64,000 nt of DNA from an uncultured virus (IMG/VR IMGVR_UViG_3300028800_000075). Taxonomy: Duplodnaviria > Heunggongvirae > Uroviricota > Caudoviricetes. The DNA is taken from IMG/VR virus record IMGVR_UViG_3300028800_000075, one strand, 5' to 3'. Position 1 is the first letter of the stretch; each line of letters begins with the position of its first letter. Below the pieces are notes generated by a model. That model was not told where the DNA came from and did no database searches. It worked only from the letters and a program-made list of their open reading frames with translations. A program made the translations under genes and the position numbers. Below are positions 60,055 to 64,000 of this stretch, piece after piece.

Positions 60055-60552
60055 ATGCCCGCATCCAGAGCACTACGCAACGAGATGGAACGCTTGGGCC
60101 TTGACCACACCAAGGCCTATACGCAGCACCAATTGAATGAGGCCTACGCCGCTCACCAGGCGGCGCAGCTTGCGCTGCAGGTGGTGCCCGTCGCAGAGCC
60201 TGTTGGTGGATCGTTCCCGGAGACAGCAACTGTCGCACCGTTGACCAGCGACGCCACGGTTAAAGAGACTGTACTTGAGCCCGTCACTCCTTCCCCCACC
60301 GCCGCCCCTGATCAATCCTTGACTGACGTGGAGCAGCAACCTGCCGCCGCCCCGCCGGTGCTTGTGGAGACTGCTACCGAAGCAGGATTACGCGTCGACG
60401 CGGCTCCTGTGACCGATGCTGTGGCGCTGGGCACCGACAGCCAGACGTCGCACACTGACGAGCTAGCCGTCGCGGCACCCGATGCCGCTGATGTGCCCGC
60501 TGCCGCCTCAAGCAAGAAGGGTAAGAAAAACGTCGCAAAGAAGTCTGACTGA
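60055..60552 (+). CDS. Ala/Pro/Thr-rich low-complexity protein
   Basis: ATACTTA 5 nt before ATG 60055. Confidence 0.7.
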   Translation: MPASRALRNEMERLGLDHTKAYTQHQLNEAYAAHQAAQLALQVVPVAEPVGGSFPETATVAPLTSDATVKETVLEPVTPSPTAAPDQSLTDVEQQPAAAPPVLVETATEAGLRVDAAPVTDAVALGTDSQTSHTDELAVAAPDAADVPAAASSKKGKKNVAKKSD

Positions 60553-60603
60553 CACCTTTACTTGTCACACGGGCTACATACTTAGTTACAACGGAGAACT
60601 GAC

Positions 60604-61131
60604 ATGAGCGTAATCGTCGATAGTAGAGGAGTTGTCGAAGCGGGTGATGGGCAAGGCAACCTGACGGTCGCCGGCGCGACGGTCACCAACATTAGCTACA
60701 TGACGGCACAACCGCTGGTCGGTTCGGCCTCCTTCGGCGCCCCGGCGCTGTCGCCCGGTGGCCTACCCGGTCTCACCGCCATCCCAGCACCGGGCTTTTT
60801 CGCCGTTCCAGTGTCTGGTTCGGGCGGCCCCAGCGGCAAGGGTGCCGGCGGCTTCACGGGTTCACTGCCCTCTCCGGCGACCTACCCAGGCGGCGAAATT
60901 CTCATCACTGACACCCTCGGTCAGTTCGCCTACCTCATCACCGGCTCCATTTCGGTGATGTCGAGCTTGACGGGTTCGTCAGGCGGCGGCACCGGCGCAG
61001 GTCTCGCCAACGCGGTCAGCGTCAACGGCACCAAGTTGACGGTCTCCCCCGGTGGTACCGTCGGCTTCTGGTCGGACAGCAAGGGTTGGCTGGTCTGCGC
61101 AGTGTCGGGTACCCTGATCCTGAACGCGTAA
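60604..61131 (+). CDS. Gly/Ser-rich putative virion protein
   Basis: ATACTTA at 60578, GGAG RBS; several S/T-G-S. Confidence 0.75.
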   Translation: MSVIVDSRGVVEAGDGQGNLTVAGATVTNISYMTAQPLVGSASFGAPALSPGGLPGLTAIPAPGFFAVPVSGSGGPSGKGAGGFTGSLPSPATYPGGEILITDTLGQFAYLITGSISVMSSLTGSSGGGTGAGLANAVSVNGTKLTVSPGGTVGFWSDSKGWLVCAVSGTLILNA

Positions 61132-61146
61132 TTCACGTCCTTCTCT

Positions 61147-61188
61147 CGGCACACTGTTGGCCCGCGGAAAGCGGGCCGTGCCGTTTAA
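61147..61188 (+). terminator. Probable terminator
   Basis: CGGCAC..GGCCCGC-GGAAA-GCGGGCC-GTGCCG-TTTAA. Confidence 0.6.
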
Positions 61189-61366
61189 GGCCGCCCACAG
61201 AATAATCGTGATCTGCGTGTTGTAGTTCAATGGGTCAGTTAATTGGGTCTTGTGCAGATGGTTTGTTCTTCGGCAGAATGTCTGTCTCAGACACTTGTAC
61301 ACTCCTACTCACGGGTGTAGTGTATGTTTGACGGCACAGAACAAGGCCGACAGGAGAGTATAGATC

Positions 61367-61657
61367 ATGAGCAGGAAGAACCGTAAGGTCATTGCGACCA
61401 ACAAGAACGCGCACATCATCAGCCGCACCGATCGGACTGGCAAGGTTCGTACCGAGACCAGCCGCCGCGATGAGGGTGAGCTCGACGTGGCAATTTCGAC
61501 CGATTGGAACAACAACGCGACGCGCGTCTTCATCGACGCAACTGGTCGTGCCGATGGCCACAACCGTGGCTACGCCGATCTCACGCTCAACGGCCGACAG
61601 GCACGGATGTTGTTCTTGGCGCTGTCGAAGCACTTCGGCGTCACCGGCAAGTACTAG
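61367..61657 (+). CDS. Basic hypothetical protein
   Basis: AGGAG RBS. Confidence 0.75.
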   Translation: MSRKNRKVIATNKNAHIISRTDRTGKVRTETSRRDEGELDVAISTDWNNNATRVFIDATGRADGHNRGYADLTLNGRQARMLFLALSKHFGVTGKY

Positions 61658-61693
61658 CATCGAGTGAACACGAGTTCACAATAGTGTAGGATT

Positions 61694-61726
61694 GGGCGAG
61701 GTTCCTTATGGGGGCCTCGCCCTTTT
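61694..61726 (+). terminator. Intrinsic terminator
   Basis: GGGCGAGGTTCC-TTAT-GGGGGCCTCGCCC-TTTT. Confidence 0.8.
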
Positions 61727-61742
61727 CACATCAGGAGATCAC

Positions 61743-62099
61743 ATGAAACTCACCCTCAACGCACAAGAATTGTTGGCGCTGTACGACCTGCTCGAAGCGA
61801 CGAGGCCGCGGCTTGCTATCGAGACCGATCAGGGGTCGCCCGACTTTCAGCTCCATCAATTACAGAAGCGTATCAGGTTGTGCATCATCGCCGCCTTGCG
61901 GGCCCACGGCACCGATCCGGTCGACGCGTTCCTGGCCCGTGAACAGGCCAAGATTGACGGCCTGATCGGGCAACCTATCGATGTCAAGGGTCATGCGACC
62001 TCCAATGTCTTCACCAATCTCGACGATGAGGCACAAGAATCGATCAGCGACAAATCGCAAGATCGAAACGATCCATCATTTCACCCATGCTTCCGGTGA
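61743..62099 (+). CDS. Hypothetical protein
   Basis: AGGAG RBS before ATG 61743. Confidence 0.7.
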   Translation: MKLTLNAQELLALYDLLEATRPRLAIETDQGSPDFQLHQLQKRIRLCIIAALRAHGTDPVDAFLAREQAKIDGLIGQPIDVKGHATSNVFTNLDDEAQESISDKSQDRNDPSFHPCFR

Positions 62100-62138
62100 G
62101 TGTACCAATCATCGCAGGTGTGGTACTTATAGATGTAC

Positions 62139-62504
62139 GGGGATGAAAGGTTTCGACACGGCGAAGACTTGGTGCGAAGCAGGCCAGGGGCGACCAGGTG
62201 CCCTGACAAACACGTGGTCACGTTTGATCGCCAACGATAACGGCATCGCTGATTACGCTCTCGTGGCGTAACCAACGGGTTCCCAACGACCTAGGAACAG
62301 AATGTTGGGCGCGCTGACACGTCGTCAGCAAAAACGTCTACCTCCCGACGTGATTGGGAGCACGCCAAAGCTCGTGAGTGAGGTGCGTGTAAGAAGTGTC
62401 CTAACCCACTAGTCCCGCCCGAGGACGATCAAGTAGATGGGCTAAACCTGTAGAATCGCACCGAAGACGCGTCGTGGACCCGGGATCATTCCCCGGCATC
62501 TCCA
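62139..62504 (+). ncRNA. ssrA: tmRNA; tag peptide ANDNGIADYALVA* at 62230-62271
   Basis: 5' GGGGATGAAAGGTTTCGAC; 3' CCGGG-ATCATTC-CCCGG-CATCTCC-A; G3:U70 wobble; ssrA-type tag ORF. Confidence 0.95.
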
Positions 62505-62530
62505 CGAATTCCAACGATAGAAAGACACAG

Positions 62531-62785
62531 ATGAGCACCAAGATCGCCGATCGGCGTCGAGCCAACGGCAGTAGCCTCGATGGGCGCGCCCTGACCAATC
62601 GAGTTGCACTTGAAGTCAAGGGCATGCCGCTTGCACAGGCCTTCGCCACCGTACGAGCAGCCGGCTATCAGTTGCTGATCGCCAAGCACGACGGGGTGCC
62701 TCGCCCATCGGAAGTTGATCACCTCGACGACCGCATCGTCGTCAACGTGGTGCAGGGGCTGATCACTGATAGTTGGGCCGGGTAA
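62531..62785 (+). CDS. Small protein, weak peptidase-inhibitor I78-like pattern
   Basis: GMPLAQA..AAG..DG...DHLDDRIVVNVVQGLI...G. Confidence 0.5.
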   Translation: MSTKIADRRRANGSSLDGRALTNRVALEVKGMPLAQAFATVRAAGYQLLIAKHDGVPRPSEVDHLDDRIVVNVVQGLITDSWAG

Positions 62786-62829
62786 ACTCTGTAGTATACC
62801 AGTCGCCCCGTACCAAGTAGAATTGTCAC

Positions 62830-63027
62830 ATGTCAGCACAGACCGAACGCCTCATTGAGGACATCAAGGCCGTTGAACAGCAGCTCGCCAAACGTTTGGC
62901 CGAAGGCATCAAGGATGCTTCCGACACGACGATCGACGTGCTCAACAAGCGCCTGTTGGAGTTGCAACACCAATTGACCCACGCCAATCAGAACCTCCAC
63001 GAAGGCCTGCGCATCCTCAAGAGTTGA
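62830..63027 (+). CDS. Small coiled-coil protein
   Basis: TAGAAT 6 nt before ATG. Confidence 0.7.
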   Translation: MSAQTERLIEDIKAVEQQLAKRLAEGIKDASDTTIDVLNKRLLELQHQLTHANQNLHEGLRILKS

Positions 63028-63203
63028 GCGTGACGCTACCTGATCAATCGTGGGATGCCCAGTTCGCTGACTTTTTGTCGCGTGTTGTGGCCGCGCGTGT
63101 CGCCGGTACAGACATGGCAACGCTACGACTTGAATACGCACAGTTGTTGGCAACGGCGCCTCCCGGCAAGAAACAAGCACTCAATCTCAAGGAGCTCACC
63201 TGA
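63024..63203 (+). CDS. Hypothetical 59-aa ORF, not in ORF track
   Basis: TTG start overlaps previous stop; its TGA overlaps next ATG; fills the gap exactly. Confidence 0.55.
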   Translation: MSVTLPDQSWDAQFADFLSRVVAARVAGTDMATLRLEYAQLLATAPPGKKQALNLKELT

Positions 63204-63439
63204 TGGCAACAACACCTAACGCACCCCAACGCATTGACCTCTACCAACCCATCATGGCGACGAGATCAGGCCCTCAACCGCTAGCACTCCGCGTCGGCGT
63301 TGCTAATACCACGTCGATCAGCGAGGGGGTGCCTTCGGGTCCCATCCGCGTTGAGACCTACGTGCTGTTGAGCGCGCTGCCTGAGGATCTCCGCCGCCGC
63401 GTTGAGCTGGCCGTCCAAGTGCTGTTGGCCGGGCGCTGA
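63203..63439 (+). CDS. Hypothetical protein
   Basis: AAGGAG RBS. Confidence 0.75.
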   Translation: MATTPNAPQRIDLYQPIMATRSGPQPLALRVGVANTTSISEGVPSGPIRVETYVLLSALPEDLRRRVELAVQVLLAGR

Positions 63440-63475
63440 TCGATCACCACGCACCACGCGTGGTAAGATCGAAGG

Positions 63476-64000
63476 ATGAGCGCACACGGCTACATCCCGC
63501 TGGTCAAGCAGTACATCCATCAACGTCTTCCCAAGGAACACGTCCCTGCCTTACTTGAGGTCGGTGTCGATCGCGGGGTGATGTGGTTGACGTTGCTGAC
63601 CTTCTTGGCCCGCACTCGCCAACAGTTCATCGCTGTCGGTGTCGACGTGTTGGTGCAAGAGCAGGTGCAGCTGATGCTGGCCCACCTCGACCGCGCCGAG
63701 CAACAGCAGGCCTACCTCATCGAGGGCAACAGTCTCGAAGTGCTGCCCAAGATGGTCGAACAAGGCATGAAGTTCGACGTGTTGTTGCTCGACGGCGACC
63801 ACAACTATCACACGGTGTCGCAGGAGCTAACACACCTTGAAGCGCTGACGCACCCGCATGCGATCGTGATAGTTGATGACGTATTCGGCCGCTGGAGTGA
63901 GAGGGACCTTTTTTACGCTGAACGAGAAGGGTATGAGAACATCAAGACTGCTACTCAACGCGTTGACACTGAGAAACATGGCGTGAAAGTAGCAGTTGAT
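63476..64000 (+). CDS. Class I SAM methyltransferase (Methyltransf_24-like), runs off the window edge
   Basis: LLEVGVDRG, GNSLEVL, FDVLLLDGDHNY, IVDD. Confidence 0.88.
   Translation, partial: MSAHGYIPLVKQYIHQRLPKEHVPALLEVGVDRGVMWLTLLTFLARTRQQFIAVGVDVLVQEQVQLMLAHLDRAEQQQAYLIEGNSLEVLPKMVEQGMKFDVLLLDGDHNYHTVSQELTHLEALTHPHAIVIVDDVFGRWSERDLFYAEREGYENIKTATQRVDTEKHGVKVAVD

Noticed and set aside
61215..61260. GCGTGTTGTAGTTCAATGG resembles the 5' end of a tRNA-Gly
   Set aside because: No closing D-stem, anticodon arm, T-arm or matching acceptor strand
61981..62530. ORFs 61981-62271 and the 5' part of 62474-62785
   Set aside because: They overlap the tmRNA; only the tag frame and the ATG 62531 gene are supported
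1..64000. Stop-codon reassignment as seen in some large phages
   Set aside because: Conserved genes are intact in the standard code, and TAA, TAG and TGA all end genes at expected positions

Overview
64-kb segment of a large tailed phage (Caudoviricetes, standard genetic code, GC-rich) with a T4-like head module. 1-12 kb: mostly minus-strand cluster of 7 glycosyltransferase genes, a SAM methyltransferase, an ASCH protein and small ORFs. 12-21 kb: divergent block with a degenerate chaperonin, ClpP, a DinG-like helicase, an Hc1-like protein, a sigma-region-4-only protein and PIN-PhoH. 21-37 kb: large virion/baseplate-like genes interrupted by three free-standing homing endonucleases. 37-44 kb: gp4-like nuclease, kinase-like protein, RuvC, primase and a split SbcD/SbcC. 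44-60 kb: terminase (LAGLIDADG intein), portal (HNH intein), prohead protease, peptide deformylase, scaffold and major capsid. 62 kb: tmRNA. Most notable: (1) unrelated small proteins share an N-terminal 'L-K/R-x-x-I-x-E-E' leader and often sit behind a recurrent ATA(C/T/G)TTA promoter-like motif, a candidate capsid cargo-loading system; (2) SbcD is split inside its nuclease domain, with acidic and basic beta-strand extensions at the break; (3) a structural gene probably starts at ATC right behind a homing endonuclease; (4) virion proteins look rich in S/T-G-S tripeptides in a phage with many glycosyltransferases; (5) many genes appear leaderless; (6) the phage carries a proteostasis set (tmRNA, ClpP, PDF, chaperonin-like). 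All calls come from reading motifs by eye; no database searches were run.
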